This document shows, piece by piece, positions 10,253 to 20,495 of a DNA stretch of 64,000 nucleotides; positions within the stretch are counted from its first letter, which is position 1; the number at the start of each line of letters is the position of its first letter. Source of the DNA: Bdellovibrionales bacterium (GTDB taxonomy: Bacteria > Bdellovibrionota > Bdellovibrionia > Bdellovibrionales > JAUICD01); NCBI GenBank assembly GCA_965203275.1, contig OZ241865.1:1440001-1504000 (forward strand), read 5' to 3'. A program made the translations under genes and the position numbers. Below the pieces are notes generated by a model. It saw only the letters and a program-made list of their open reading frames with translations. It was not told the origin of the DNA and searched no databases.

Positions 10253-13200
10253 ATGAAATCAATTTTTAAGACAGTGCAAGTCCATCAAAGTAGTTTTACA
10301 AGTATAAAAAGAACTCTTTTTAAGTCTAAAGGGTTATATATTATAGGATGCATTACTTTTTTAATGGTCGCATTTCAAAATTGTACGTCTGATACTGTGT
10401 CTACTAGCAGAGGCCCACAACCAGAACTTCCTGGAGAACTCCCTGGAGAACCTCCAGGGACAACTTCATCTTTGTCTTATGAAAAGGGTCAAATTATTGC
10501 TTACCTCCCCTCAGAGGGTGAGAGTATGCCCAAAGATAGATTTGATATCAATGCAGATGTCCATCTCAAAATGAGACATGTTCATCCTGATGCAGATAAC
10601 TTTAAGTGGACTATTACAAGAGGTTTTGACAGTATTGTGAATTCTAAGACCATAAACCAAAACGAGTATCAACATCGCTTCACACAGACAGGGAGTCACA
10701 TTTTATTTGCTACAGCTCACCAAGGAAGTTCTTCTGACTTATTGACTCAATCCATTAAACGGATTGTGGTTGGAGCAGAATGCCATTTAGAGAATATATT
10801 AGAGATGCAACTTCAGTCAGGCTCTTTTACCAGTGATTCTTCTGCCACTTTGACCTTGAGAGATGCTTCTGATTTTACAGATATTACGTGGAAAGTTATA
10901 TTACCTTCTGGTCAATCGGATCAATCGGAGCGGATTTTTAATGGTGCAACATTGACTATAGACCTGACAGGGGAACCATCAGGTGCTTTGATCATTGAAG
11001 TTTCTGCTGTGGATTCAGATGGATGTCTTGTCTATAGAAAAAAAGAACTTCAAGTCACAGAAAATCTGCAGGCCTACATCAATCCATTTCAAATAACAGA
11101 CGATGGTCAGGAAATTGCTGTCACACTAGAAAATAATAATATTTATAAATATAGAAGGCCTAGAGGAAGCATCCAAATTTTGAATTTAGATATTAAGAAT
11201 GCTGACAAATGCGAGTTTCAGCTCAATAATAGGAAGCGTTCTGTAATAAATTGTCAAGGTGCTATAGATATCAGTTTAAGTTCAAATACAGAGTGTCAGA
11301 GGACCCTTGTTAAATTCTGGATTTCTTCAGGAGATCAAGTTGACTCATCCTATCAATATTATAATTATTGTCCAGCCAATGATGGGCTTTGTTATTTTGG
11401 TTCTCTGAAAGAAAGTATGGGGCAACATTTTTGTTCAGAGAGTATTGCATTAGCAAGTGAAAGTGATCATCGTCCTGGTCTTGTTTCAGATAGAAGTATA
11501 GATGGACAATGTAACAATGCTCGCAGGAATGGATGTCTTACAGGTAATGCCGATGATGGTGCCATAGCAGATACAGAAGACTTTTACCGATGGCATTGTG
11601 TGGGAGTCAACAATGGGGAGACAGCCACAGACTGCCATAAGAGAATACCCATTAATGGGCAATGTGATAACTCAAAGAGAAACAGCTGTCTTGCAGGTCA
11701 AGTCAATGATGAGGTTTTAGAGGATACAGTAGAGTTTTATAAATGGCACTGTGAAGGGGAGCATGGAGGGACAACAGCTACAGATTGTCAAAAAAATGCA
11801 CTTTCAGCTGTGGTTATTCAACCTTCACCCATTCCATCACCTTCTATTGCACAATCGCAATCACTACAACCTGTCAATGGACAATGTGATAATTCTAGCA
11901 GGAATGGATGCCAGGCAGGTACAGTCAATGCTGGGGCTGTTGCAGATACAGACACTCATTATAAATGGCGATGTGATGGGCAACACGGAGGACGCAATTC
12001 TGGCACTTGTCAAAAAAGCAAACCTTGTCCTGCCCATCATCAGCGAGTCAACAATCAATGTCTCCCTTCTTGTGGACACAAAGGAGGCCCTGATGCTGTT
12101 TCAGGCAATGCTTGTAGTGATACTGAAAACTACGAAATAACTATTATAAGTGGTGTCTATGATGTTAGTCTTTGTTGTACCAGAACACGTAAAATCAATG
12201 GACAGTGTGATAACTCTCGTAGGAATGGATGCCGTGCAGGTACAGCCAATGCTGGGGCTGTGGCTGATACAAGCACACTTTATAAATGGCGATGTGATGG
12301 ACAACATGGAGGTCGCAATTCTGGCACTTGTCAAATCAGAATACCAATCAATGGACAGTGTAACAATTCTCGTAGGAATGGATGCCAGGCAGGTACGGCA
12401 AATGCTGAGGCTGTGGCTGATACAAGCACACTTTATAAATGGCGATGTGATGGGCAGCATGGAGGTCGCAATTCTGGCACTTGTCAAAAAAGCAAACCTC
12501 CTGCACCTGTCAATGGACAGTGTGATAACTCTCGTAGGAATGGATGCCAAGCAGGTACAGCAAACGCTGGAGCTGTGGCTGATACAAGCACACACTATAA
12601 ATGGCGGTGTGATGGACAGCATGGAGGTCGCAATTCTGGACAATGCCTTAAAATAAAACCTTGTCCTGCCCATCATCAGCGAGTCAACAATCAATGTCTC
12701 CCTTCTTGTGGACATAAAGGAGGCCCTGATGCTGTTTCAGGCAATGCTTGTAGTGATACTGAGAACTATGAAATAACTATTATAAGTGGTGTCTATGATG
12801 GCCCTTGTTGTACCAGAACACGTAAAGTCAATGGACAATGTGATAACTCTCGTAGGAATGGATGTCAAGCAGGTACAGCTAATGATGAAGCTGTGGCTGA
12901 TACAAACACACTTTATAAATGGCATTGTGAAGGGGAGCATGGAGGGACAACAGCTACAGATTGTCAAAAAACTGCACCTTCAGCTGTGGTTATTCATCCT
13001 TCACCTATTCCATCACCTTCTATTGCACGATCGCAATTACTACAACCTGTCAATGGACAATGTGATAACTCTCGTAGGAATGGATGTCAAGCAGGTACAG
13101 CTAACGACAATGCTGTGGCTGATACAGGCACACTTTATAAATGGCGATGTGATGGACAACACGGAGGGCAGAATTCTGGCACTTGTCAAAAAAATAAACC

Positions 13201-14701
13201 CCCAGCACCTGTCAATGGACAATGTGATAACTCTCGTAGGAATAGATGTCGTACAGGTACAGCCAACGACAATGCTGTTGCTGATACAGGCACACTTTAT
13301 AAATGGCGATGTGATGGACAGCACGGAGGTCGCAATTCTGGCACTTGTCAAAAAAATAAACCTCCAGCACCTGTCAATGGACAATGTAACAATAATCAGA
13401 GGAATGGATGTCGTGCAGGCAGTGCGACTTCTGCTAGTGTAAGTGGTAACTATGATGTGTGGTATTGTACTGGACAAAATGGTGGTAGCCGATCAGGACG
13501 ATGCAGTAAACTAAGACCCATCAATGGACAGTGTGACAATAATCGTAGGAATGGATGTCGTGCAGGCAGTGCGACTTCTGCTAGTGTAAGTGGTAACTAT
13601 GATGTGTGGTATTGTACTGGACAAAATGGTGGTAGCCGATCAGGACAATGCCGTAAACCAAGACCAATCAATGGACGATGTAACAATAATAGTAGATATA
13701 GATGTCATGAGGGCAGTCCGACTTCTACTGGTACAAGTGGTGACTCTTATGTATGGTATTGTAGTGGACGAAATGGTGGTAGCCGATCAGGACGATGTCG
13801 TAAAGCAAGACCCATCAATGGACGATGTAACAATAATCATAGGAATAGATGTCATGAAGGCAGTCCGACTTCTACTGGTACAAGTAGTGACTCTTATGTA
13901 TGGTATTGTAGTGGACGAAATGGTGGTAGCCGATCAGGACAATGCCGTAAACCAAGACCAATCAACGGACGATGTAACAATAATAGTAGGTATAGATGTC
14001 ATGAGGGCAGTCCGACTTCTACTGGTACAAGTGGTGACTCTTATGTATGGTATTGTAGTGGACGAAATGGTGGTAGTCGATCAGGAAAATGTCAAATAAG
14101 AAGACCAATCACTGGACAATGTAATAATTCTCAGAGGAATAGATGCAGTAGAGGCAGTCCGACTTCTACTGGTACAAGTGGTAACTATTATGTATGGTAT
14201 TGTAGTGGACGAAATGGTGGTAGTCGATCAGGACGATGTCAAATAAGAAAACCAATTGATGGACGATGTAGTTCTAATAGAAATAGATGCAGTGCGGGTA
14301 CATTTAGGGCTATTGCTGATACAAGTGCTTATTACAGATGGCGGTGTGATGGACAACACGGAGGTCGCAGTTCAGGCACTTGTCAAAAGTCCAGATGTAA
14401 CCCTCCTCACACTATATTAAGAAGTGGCCGCTGTATCCCTTCTTGTGGACATAAAGGAGGCCGTAATGCTGTTTCAGGCAATGCTTGTAGAGATACAAGC
14501 AATTATAATATAAATATGATCAGAGGTGTCTATGATGGTCCTTGTTGCACCAGAACCCCTAAACCTAAATCAGCACGTTGCAGAGACGGTGATCATTTTG
14601 GTGGTTGTGTTATGTGCGTGCATGGTCGTCGAATGAATTGTAATCAAAATCGAGAATGTCACCATTATCCAAATCTTCCTCGTGGATGTCGTGATGAATA
14701 A
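10253..14701 (+). CDS. Giant Cys-rich repeat surface lipoprotein
   Basis: MVAFQNC lipobox-like motif; many ~45-50 aa NGxC..RNxC..W.C.G..GG...C repeats and three CLPSCGHKGG modules. Confidence 0.8.
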   Translation: MKSIFKTVQVHQSSFTSIKRTLFKSKGLYIIGCITFLMVAFQNCTSDTVSTSRGPQPELPGELPGEPPGTTSSLSYEKGQIIAYLPSEGESMPKDRFDINADVHLKMRHVHPDADNFKWTITRGFDSIVNSKTINQNEYQHRFTQTGSHILFATAHQGSSSDLLTQSIKRIVVGAECHLENILEMQLQSGSFTSDSSATLTLRDASDFTDITWKVILPSGQSDQSERIFNGATLTIDLTGEPSGALIIEVSAVDSDGCLVYRKKELQVTENLQAYINPFQITDDGQEIAVTLENNNIYKYRRPRGSIQILNLDIKNADKCEFQLNNRKRSVINCQGAIDISLSSNTECQRTLVKFWISSGDQVDSSYQYYNYCPANDGLCYFGSLKESMGQHFCSESIALASESDHRPGLVSDRSIDGQCNNARRNGCLTGNADDGAIADTEDFYRWHCVGVNNGETATDCHKRIPINGQCDNSKRNSCLAGQVNDEVLEDTVEFYKWHCEGEHGGTTATDCQKNALSAVVIQPSPIPSPSIAQSQSLQPVNGQCDNSSRNGCQAGTVNAGAVADTDTHYKWRCDGQHGGRNSGTCQKSKPCPAHHQRVNNQCLPSCGHKGGPDAVSGNACSDTENYEITIISGVYDVSLCCTRTRKINGQCDNSRRNGCRAGTANAGAVADTSTLYKWRCDGQHGGRNSGTCQIRIPINGQCNNSRRNGCQAGTANAEAVADTSTLYKWRCDGQHGGRNSGTCQKSKPPAPVNGQCDNSRRNGCQAGTANAGAVADTSTHYKWRCDGQHGGRNSGQCLKIKPCPAHHQRVNNQCLPSCGHKGGPDAVSGNACSDTENYEITIISGVYDGPCCTRTRKVNGQCDNSRRNGCQAGTANDEAVADTNTLYKWHCEGEHGGTTATDCQKTAPSAVVIHPSPIPSPSIARSQLLQPVNGQCDNSRRNGCQAGTANDNAVADTGTLYKWRCDGQHGGQNSGTCQKNKPPAPVNGQCDNSRRNRCRTGTANDNAVADTGTLYKWRCDGQHGGRNSGTCQKNKPPAPVNGQCNNNQRNGCRAGSATSASVSGNYDVWYCTGQNGGSRSGRCSKLRPINGQCDNNRRNGCRAGSATSASVSGNYDVWYCTGQNGGSRSGQCRKPRPINGRCNNNSRYRCHEGSPTSTGTSGDSYVWYCSGRNGGSRSGRCRKARPINGRCNNNHRNRCHEGSPTSTGTSSDSYVWYCSGRNGGSRSGQCRKPRPINGRCNNNSRYRCHEGSPTSTGTSGDSYVWYCSGRNGGSRSGKCQIRRPITGQCNNSQRNRCSRGSPTSTGTSGNYYVWYCSGRNGGSRSGRCQIRKPIDGRCSSNRNRCSAGTFRAIADTSAYYRWRCDGQHGGRSSGTCQKSRCNPPHTILRSGRCIPSCGHKGGRNAVSGNACRDTSNYNINMIRGVYDGPCCTRTPKPKSARCRDGDHFGGCVMCVHGRRMNCNQNRECHHYPNLPRGCRDE

Positions 14702-14815
14702 AAATCCATAATAAAAAAAGTTTATCTTGCTACACACCTTACTTTGAATCTTCAACAGATCACAAACACGTGTTGATACCAGGATTTATTAAAAATAGCT
14801 AACCTAAGTGAATTG

Positions 14816-15547
14816 TTAAGGCTTAGCAGTAAGGGTAATACCAAACCTGACAATATTGATAAATTTATCTTCTGGTGGAGGAAAGGGCGAGGCTGTATCA
14901 ATAGCCGATAGAACAATTTGATCAAATCGAGGATCACCAGAAGATTCTATCAGTTGTCTTTCAATAACATATCCATCGGCATCCAAGTAAACTTTTACAA
15001 CTGTGGCTAACTGTTCAGATATAGCAAGCCATTGAGGTAACTTCCAGTGAGATTGGATGTGCAGATGCAATCTTCCTATATAATTATTATAATCTAATTG
15101 ATCAATCCCCTGCAAAGCCGTGCCTGGAGCCAGACGATTGCCTTTGATGATGTTTTGTTTGGCTTCTATTTTTTTAAGATGCTTGAGCCTTTCTATAGCA
15201 TTTTGGCCCACTTGATATAATTGTTCATAATTTTCTTGTGGTTTTGGAGGTTTTTTAGCCTGTACTTTATTAGCCTTGGGCTGTTGTTTTTTTTTCAATG
15301 CTTGGATGTTTGGAGGTTTCAAAGGAGGGGTTGATTTTTTCACCTCTGATGCTTTTTGAACTGTTGTTTTTGCCGGAGGTAAGGGTGTGATTTTCTTTGG
15401 TATTTGTTTATCAGGCAAAGCAACTATGTCTACCTTAATAGCAGGAATATAATCGACTGAATGATGCCCTAAGAAAAATATATTAGTCACTAATAAAAAA
15501 ATAAAAACAACATGCAACAAAATAGATTGTATCAAGTAATGTGTCAT
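14816..15547 (-). CDS. TolA/TonB-family energy transducer
   Basis: S..LH TM motif, Pro/Lys-rich stalk, SSGDPRFD...A...ASPFPPP C-terminal domain. Confidence 0.8.
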   Translation of the reverse strand: MTHYLIQSILLHVVFIFLLVTNIFFLGHHSVDYIPAIKVDIVALPDKQIPKKITPLPPAKTTVQKASEVKKSTPPLKPPNIQALKKKQQPKANKVQAKKPPKPQENYEQLYQVGQNAIERLKHLKKIEAKQNIIKGNRLAPGTALQGIDQLDYNNYIGRLHLHIQSHWKLPQWLAISEQLATVVKVYLDADGYVIERQLIESSGDPRFDQIVLSAIDTASPFPPPEDKFINIVRFGITLTAKP

Positions 15548-15608
15548 TTTTTTTGGACCTTTTATTATCTAACTTCGATGATCTTTGTCTACCCATACGT
15601 ATTTTATT

Positions 15609-16401
15609 TGCACTAAAAGTAAACTAGCCTCTGGCTACTTTCTGGCGATGACCACGATGGCTTTCGCCATCGATAAAATGGTCATCGCCTAGAAAACCTG
15701 ACCACTTTTAGTAGGAGGATCCTTTCCTCTTTTAACACCATGTTAAGGAAAACATCCTTCTAATGGTTTGCCCGACGGCTCTCGCCGTCGACAAAGGCTG
15801 ATTGCCTCAAAAACCGTTTATTTTTAGTAGGGGAGGATCTCTTCGTTTCTTTACATGATGTTAGGAAAAAATTTCCTTTATTGCAACTCGCTTGCTCCTT
15901 AAAAACATTTTAGAGGCATATCTTATTTCCCTAACATGGTGTCAAGAAGCAAGGAGATCCTCCCTACTCAAAATGAGCATATTTTTGAGGCATTGCTCTT
16001 TTTAGACAGCGTGAGCTGTCAGAGCAATGCCCAAAAACACACCAGAGGTGTGGCTCATTTTGAGTGAAATGTTAAGGAAAAAGAACTTCATTCGTAAATC
16101 CGCTTGCTCCTTAAAAGCATTTTAGAAGCATATCTTGTTTCCCTAACATGGTGTCAGAAGCAAGGAGATCCTCCCTACTCAAAATGCATAGATTTTTGAG
16201 GCAATGACCATTTTGCCAACGGCGTAAGCCGTTGCGGTCATTGCCCAACAGTGGCCAGAGGCCAGTTCACTTTGAGTGAAACAACTCCCTCCCTACTAAA
16301 AGTAAACGGATTTTTGAGGCAATCAGCCTTTGATCGACGGCGTGAGCCGTCGGGCTGATTGCCCAAAAACAGCCAGAGGCTGGTTTACTTTTAGTGAAAC
16401 A
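15609..16401. repeat. Cluster of palindromic repeat elements in both orientations
   Basis: At least five related units with self-complementary stems ending AGTGAAA(CA). Confidence 0.9.
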
Positions 16402-16412
16402 GTTGAGTTTTC

Positions 16413-16441
16413 TTGACATATCCCACAAAATAATCTAATAT
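16413..16441 (+). promoter_or_regulatory. Sigma70-like promoter
   Basis: TTGACA-N17-TAATAT upstream of 16504. Confidence 0.5.
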
Positions 16442-16503
16442 AATATATAAGGGAATTTTTATTCTGATATATAGTTCAGGGACAATTAGCACACGGGGGA
16501 AAA

Positions 16504-16776
16504 ATGAGTTACTTAGTTTTGTGGGAGAAAATAGATAAATATTTTAAACAGCATGGCATGATCACTTTTATTGTTCTATGTATGTTTATTTTACTTTTTT
16601 ATTTAACTTATCAAGTAACTAATCATCTCCCTACAGAAATCAGAGAGGTGAAGATAGAGCTTAAAGAAGACATTAAAGAGCTTAGGATAGAGCTTAAAGA
16701 AGACATTAAAGAAATTAAAGATGGGCAAGATATGATCATTAATCATTTACTTAATAATAATAAAAAAGGTCAATAA
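16504..16776 (+). CDS. Small TM + coiled-coil protein (NH[IL]P family)
   Basis: TM helix, VTNHLPTE, IELKEDIKE repeats. Confidence 0.7.
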   Translation: MSYLVLWEKIDKYFKQHGMITFIVLCMFILLFYLTYQVTNHLPTEIREVKIELKEDIKELRIELKEDIKEIKDGQDMIINHLLNNNKKGQ

Positions 16777-16819
16777 AAAAACAATCTCCTCACTGATTCC
16801 GCCGATAAAAATAATGCCG

Positions 16820-16878
16820 TTCGACTCATAACCTACTGATTTTAATCAACTTTATTTTTGCTGGCTATCAAACTCAGG
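16820..16878 (+). mobile_element. IS1634-like right-end remnant
   Basis: tcgactcataacctactgatttta...tcaaactcagg closely matches the reverse complement of 32872-32930. Confidence 0.6.
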
Positions 16879-16916
16879 AAGTTACGCAGAATCTAAAAAA
16901 AAACAAAAAAAAGAAA

Positions 16917-17092
16917 TCTTGTTTCCCTAACATGATGTTAAAAAACGAGGAGATCCTCCTTACTAAAAGTAAACGGACTTTTGAGGCATTGCTCTTTTTA
17001 GACAGCGATAGCTGTCAGAGCAATGTCCAAAAGCAACCAGAGGTTGGTTTACTTTTAGTGAACCAGAGGCATGATTTATTTTGAGTGAAACA
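16917..17092 (+). repeat. Palindromic repeat element plus the 3' end of a second unit
   Basis: tgtttccctaacatgatgttaa...tactaaaagtaaac...gtttacttttagtgaa. Confidence 0.85.
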
Positions 17093-17099
17093 ACTCCTC

Positions 17100-17487
17100 C
17101 TAGGCCTTTTGAAGGTCTGATACTTCTTGTTTGGAAAGTCCTGTAGCTTTGCAAATAGCTTGAATATCTACATGACCCGACTTAAGAAGATTTAAAGCAA
17201 CTTCTTTTAACCCTTCTTGTCGACCCTTTTCCATACCTCTTTCCATACCTCTTTCCATACCCTTTTCCATACCCTTTTGAAGGTCTGATACTTCTTGTTT
17301 GGAAAGTCCTGTAGCTTTGCAAATAGCTTGAATATCTACATGACCCGACTTAAGAAGATTTAAAGCAACTTCTTTTAACCCTTCTTGTCGACCCTTTTCC
17401 ATACCTCTTTCCATACCTCTTTCCATACCCTTTTCCATACCCTTTTCCATACCTTCTTGTATGGCTCTTGAATAAGTACTTGGCCAT
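17100..17487 (-). pseudogene. Third/fourth copies of the Rpn C-terminal module; the SD-linked ATG is out of frame
   Basis: atgatgcca shortened to atggcca; the in-frame ORF 17100..17450 carries two EGLKEVALNLLKSG domains. Confidence 0.65.
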
Positions 17488-17496
17488 TATTTCCTC

Positions 17497-17730
17497 CTAG
17501 GCCTTTTGAAGGTCCGATACTTCTTGTTTGGAAAGTCCTGTAGCTTTGCAAATAGCTTGAATATCTACATGACCCGACTTAAGAAGATTTAAAGCAACTT
17601 CTTTTAACCCTTCTTGTCGACCCTTTTCCATACCTCTTTCCATACCTCTTTCCATACCCTTTTCCATACCTTCTTCTCTACCCTTTTCCATACCTTCTTG
17701 TATGGCTCTTGAATAAGTACTTGGCATCAT
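17497..17730 (-). CDS. Stand-alone copy of the Rpn C-terminal module (RpnS-like)
   Basis: Identical to the last 76 aa of Rpn; own GGAGG SD overlaps the Rpn stop. Confidence 0.7.
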   Translation of the reverse strand: MMPSTYSRAIQEGMEKGREEGMEKGMERGMERGMEKGRQEGLKEVALNLLKSGHVDIQAICKATGLSKQEVSDLQKA

Positions 17731-17739
17731 TATTTCCTC

Positions 17740-18723
17740 CTAGGCCTTTTGAAGGTCCGATACTTCTTGTTTGGAAAGTCCTGTAGCTTTGCAAATAGCT
17801 TGAATATCTACATGACCCGACTTAAGAAGATTTAAAGCAACTTCTTTTAACCCTTCTTGTCGACCCTTTTCCATACCTCTTTCCATACCTCTTTCCATAC
17901 CCTTTTCCATACCTTCTTCTCTACCCTTTTCCATACCTTCTTGTATGGCTCTTGAATAAGTACTTGGCATAATTATTTCCTCCTTATTTGTTATAATTTC
18001 TTGTTCTATCTTATATAATATCTCTTTAGGATAATCTGCGGTCTGAAACATATACTCACTCAAAAAACCTGCATACTCTCGATAACTAATCACATCTTCA
18101 CTATCTCGACGACAAAGCTTTAGTATAGACCTTATTTTATCCTTAGTCATATTCTTAGCAAACTTCAGAGCATAACATAAAGCTACTATTGAACCTGCTT
18201 TATTCCAAATGTCATCCTCCGATATCTTATTTAAGTCTATCACAATCACACCAAAATTCAACCCCAAATCACCAAAAACCTTCCTCATTTCTGGTGTCCA
18301 ATTAAATGCCCCTTGCAAATCAGAAGCTGTATGAGACGAAGCATCATTGTGTAACAAAAAAATCGTCATAACAGGGTAAGTACCTGACTTTAAAAGTGCC
18401 ACGTTGTAATCTAAAACATTTAAAAAAAGTTGCTTCTGAGACTGCTTGAAGCTTTTATGCTCTATAATGACACCGACTAAGCCCTGCATCTTCATACCTT
18501 TAACACCTACTTTAGCTATGACATCAGACCGACACTCCTCAATCCGTCCACCTAATTTTTGATCTAAAAAGTCTGTCTTAATAAATTCCAATCGATTAAA
18601 CTCAAAAGCATTAAACTGATCCTTAGCCAATGAGAACTTGATAAAATCTTTAAATCTTTTAGGGTGTTTAAGACCCATCCTTGCTATTTGATCATGCTGA
18701 ATTCTAAAATCACTTTTTGACAT
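17740..18723 (-). CDS. Rpn family PD-(D/E)XK nuclease (recombination-promoting nuclease / putative transposase)
   Basis: HD...RSDVI...IIEHKS core; (E/R)GMEK repeats; internal AAGGAGG + ATG at 17970. Confidence 0.85.
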   Translation of the reverse strand: MSKSDFRIQHDQIARMGLKHPKRFKDFIKFSLAKDQFNAFEFNRLEFIKTDFLDQKLGGRIEECRSDVIAKVGVKGMKMQGLVGVIIEHKSFKQSQKQLFLNVLDYNVALLKSGTYPVMTIFLLHNDASSHTASDLQGAFNWTPEMRKVFGDLGLNFGVIVIDLNKISEDDIWNKAGSIVALCYALKFAKNMTKDKIRSILKLCRRDSEDVISYREYAGFLSEYMFQTADYPKEILYKIEQEIITNKEEIIMPSTYSRAIQEGMEKGREEGMEKGMERGMERGMEKGRQEGLKEVALNLLKSGHVDIQAICKATGLSKQEVSDLQKA

Positions 18724-18975
18724 CGGTCTTCCTCCTCATAAATTCATAAATTATTGATATTCTATTACTTATCGGCTTATAACACAATTTCAAGGAAAAA
18801 ACAAGCTCAATAACACACCATGTTAAGAAAACACCCGGCATCTACACAAAAAAGCCTCTACAAAAGAAATTCCTATTTTTTGGCCCGCTGCGTATAGCAA
18901 GTTCTTTTAAGCTATGTTACAAAAAGATATTACAGGGAAAATTGTATATAATCTCATAAAAAAGAGGATATAAAC

Positions 18976-19470
18976 ATGTTAGAAAAAACATCAGAAAAGA
19001 AAAAACGAAGCCTTAAGAAGAACTCCAAGAATTCCAATAAAGAGGTCTCTAAAAAGCTTAAACCTTGGGAACGTAAAAACCCCTGGGACGATGCCAATGA
19101 CCATAAAGAAATTTGGAAGCATGAAAATATTTTATCCCTCAAAGAGAAAGACTATCCTAAATTCACTTTGGCTAAAAATAAAGCTCGTTTCTACCGTATG
19201 ATCAGCTGGTATAAGTCAAAGTGGGAATGGTTAGATATTGCTCCTTTGAGTGGCACTCGCACCCTTCTCAAGCAACAGAAAAAAGAATTAAGTGATATTC
19301 GAACTCATAAATTAGACTACGAATGGGATCTTGAAATGGGGACTTTGACTCCAAGCCAGCAATCTTATCGTAGAGACGAAATCAAAATGTGTGAAGTGCA
19401 TGAGAAAATGGCTATCAGTTTGATTTCTCGTATTCAAGCTACAATAAGGTCGTCAGATCATACCTTCTAG
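18976..19470 (+). CDS. Hypothetical protein upstream of prs
   Basis: 164-aa ORF with GAGG SD, co-oriented with prs. Confidence 0.7.
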   Translation: MLEKTSEKKKRSLKKNSKNSNKEVSKKLKPWERKNPWDDANDHKEIWKHENILSLKEKDYPKFTLAKNKARFYRMISWYKSKWEWLDIAPLSGTRTLLKQQKKELSDIRTHKLDYEWDLEMGTLTPSQQSYRRDEIKMCEVHEKMAISLISRIQATIRSSDHTF

Positions 19471-19497
19471 TAAACAAGAACTTTTAATGTAATAAAA

Positions 19498-20469
19498 ATG
19501 AGTTTTAAAGCCATGTATGGTAGTGGTCAACAAATAAAAATTTTTGCTGGTAATTCCAATCCCACATTGGCTAAGGATATTGCCCATCACATTAACACGT
19601 TGCTGGGTGACTGCAAAGTGAATCGCTTTATGGATGGAGAAGTACATGTAGATATCCATGACCATGTTCGAGGTCAAGATGTGTTTGTGATCCAAAGCAC
19701 TTGTCCCCCCGTCAATGAAAATGCTATGGAGCTTTTTGTTTTGATGGATGCTCTCAAAAGAGCTTCAGCAGCACGTATAACTGCTGTCTTACCCTATTAT
19801 GGCTATGCTAGACAAGACAGGAAGGTATCTCCAAGAGCTCCTATCTCTGCAAAACTTATGGCTGATTTGCTGTCAACAGCTGGAGCTAATCGTGTGATGG
19901 CTTTAGATCTTCATGCATCCCAAATTCAAGGATTTTTTAACATTCCCTTTGATCATCTCTTTGCTATCCCTACCTTAGCACAGGAATGGAAAAACCAAAG
20001 CAAAGTTCCTCGGGACTGTGTTGTTGTGAGTCCAGATGCAGGCGGTGTGGAAAGAGTACGTATTTTTGCTAAACAAATTGATGTTCCTATTGCTATTATA
20101 GATAAACGTCGCATACAACCAAATGAAGCAAGAGCTTATCATTTGATTGGTGACGTAAAAAACAAGACAGCTATTATTTTAGATGATATGATTGACACTG
20201 CGGGTACACTTGTAAAGTCTGTGGATTGTGTGTTAGATAATGGAGCAAATGAGGTTGTAGCCATTGCAACGCATGGGGTTTTATCAGGTCAAGCTATTGA
20301 AAATTTAAACAAAAGTCAGGCAAAGACCATTTGGGTAACCGACACAATCCCTCAAATACAAAATGCAAAATTATGTCCTAAGTTAAAAGTGATCCCTATT
20401 GCTTCGGTTTTAGCAAAGGCTATTGATCGGATTAACAAAAACAAATCTATTAGTTCTTTATTTATATAA
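19498..20469 (+). CDS. prs: Ribose-phosphate pyrophosphokinase
   Basis: PYYGYARQDRK, DLHASQIQGFF, VSPDAGG, DDMIDTAGT. Confidence 0.97.
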   Translation: MSFKAMYGSGQQIKIFAGNSNPTLAKDIAHHINTLLGDCKVNRFMDGEVHVDIHDHVRGQDVFVIQSTCPPVNENAMELFVLMDALKRASAARITAVLPYYGYARQDRKVSPRAPISAKLMADLLSTAGANRVMALDLHASQIQGFFNIPFDHLFAIPTLAQEWKNQSKVPRDCVVVSPDAGGVERVRIFAKQIDVPIAIIDKRRIQPNEARAYHLIGDVKNKTAIILDDMIDTAGTLVKSVDCVLDNGANEVVAIATHGVLSGQAIENLNKSQAKTIWVTDTIPQIQNAKLCPKLKVIPIASVLAKAIDRINKNKSISSLFI

Positions 20470-20495
20470 AGGGGTATAACCGAAGGGGTATTATT

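Noticed and set aside
11751..14099. Alternative-frame ORFs inside the giant lipoprotein
   Set aside because: By-products of repetitive coding sequence
15609..16401. CRISPR array
   Set aside because: No constant short repeat with unique equal-length spacers, and no cas genes in the window
17100..17970. DGR template/variable repeat pair
   Set aside because: Copies are nearly identical without adenine-specific changes, and no reverse transcriptase is present in the window
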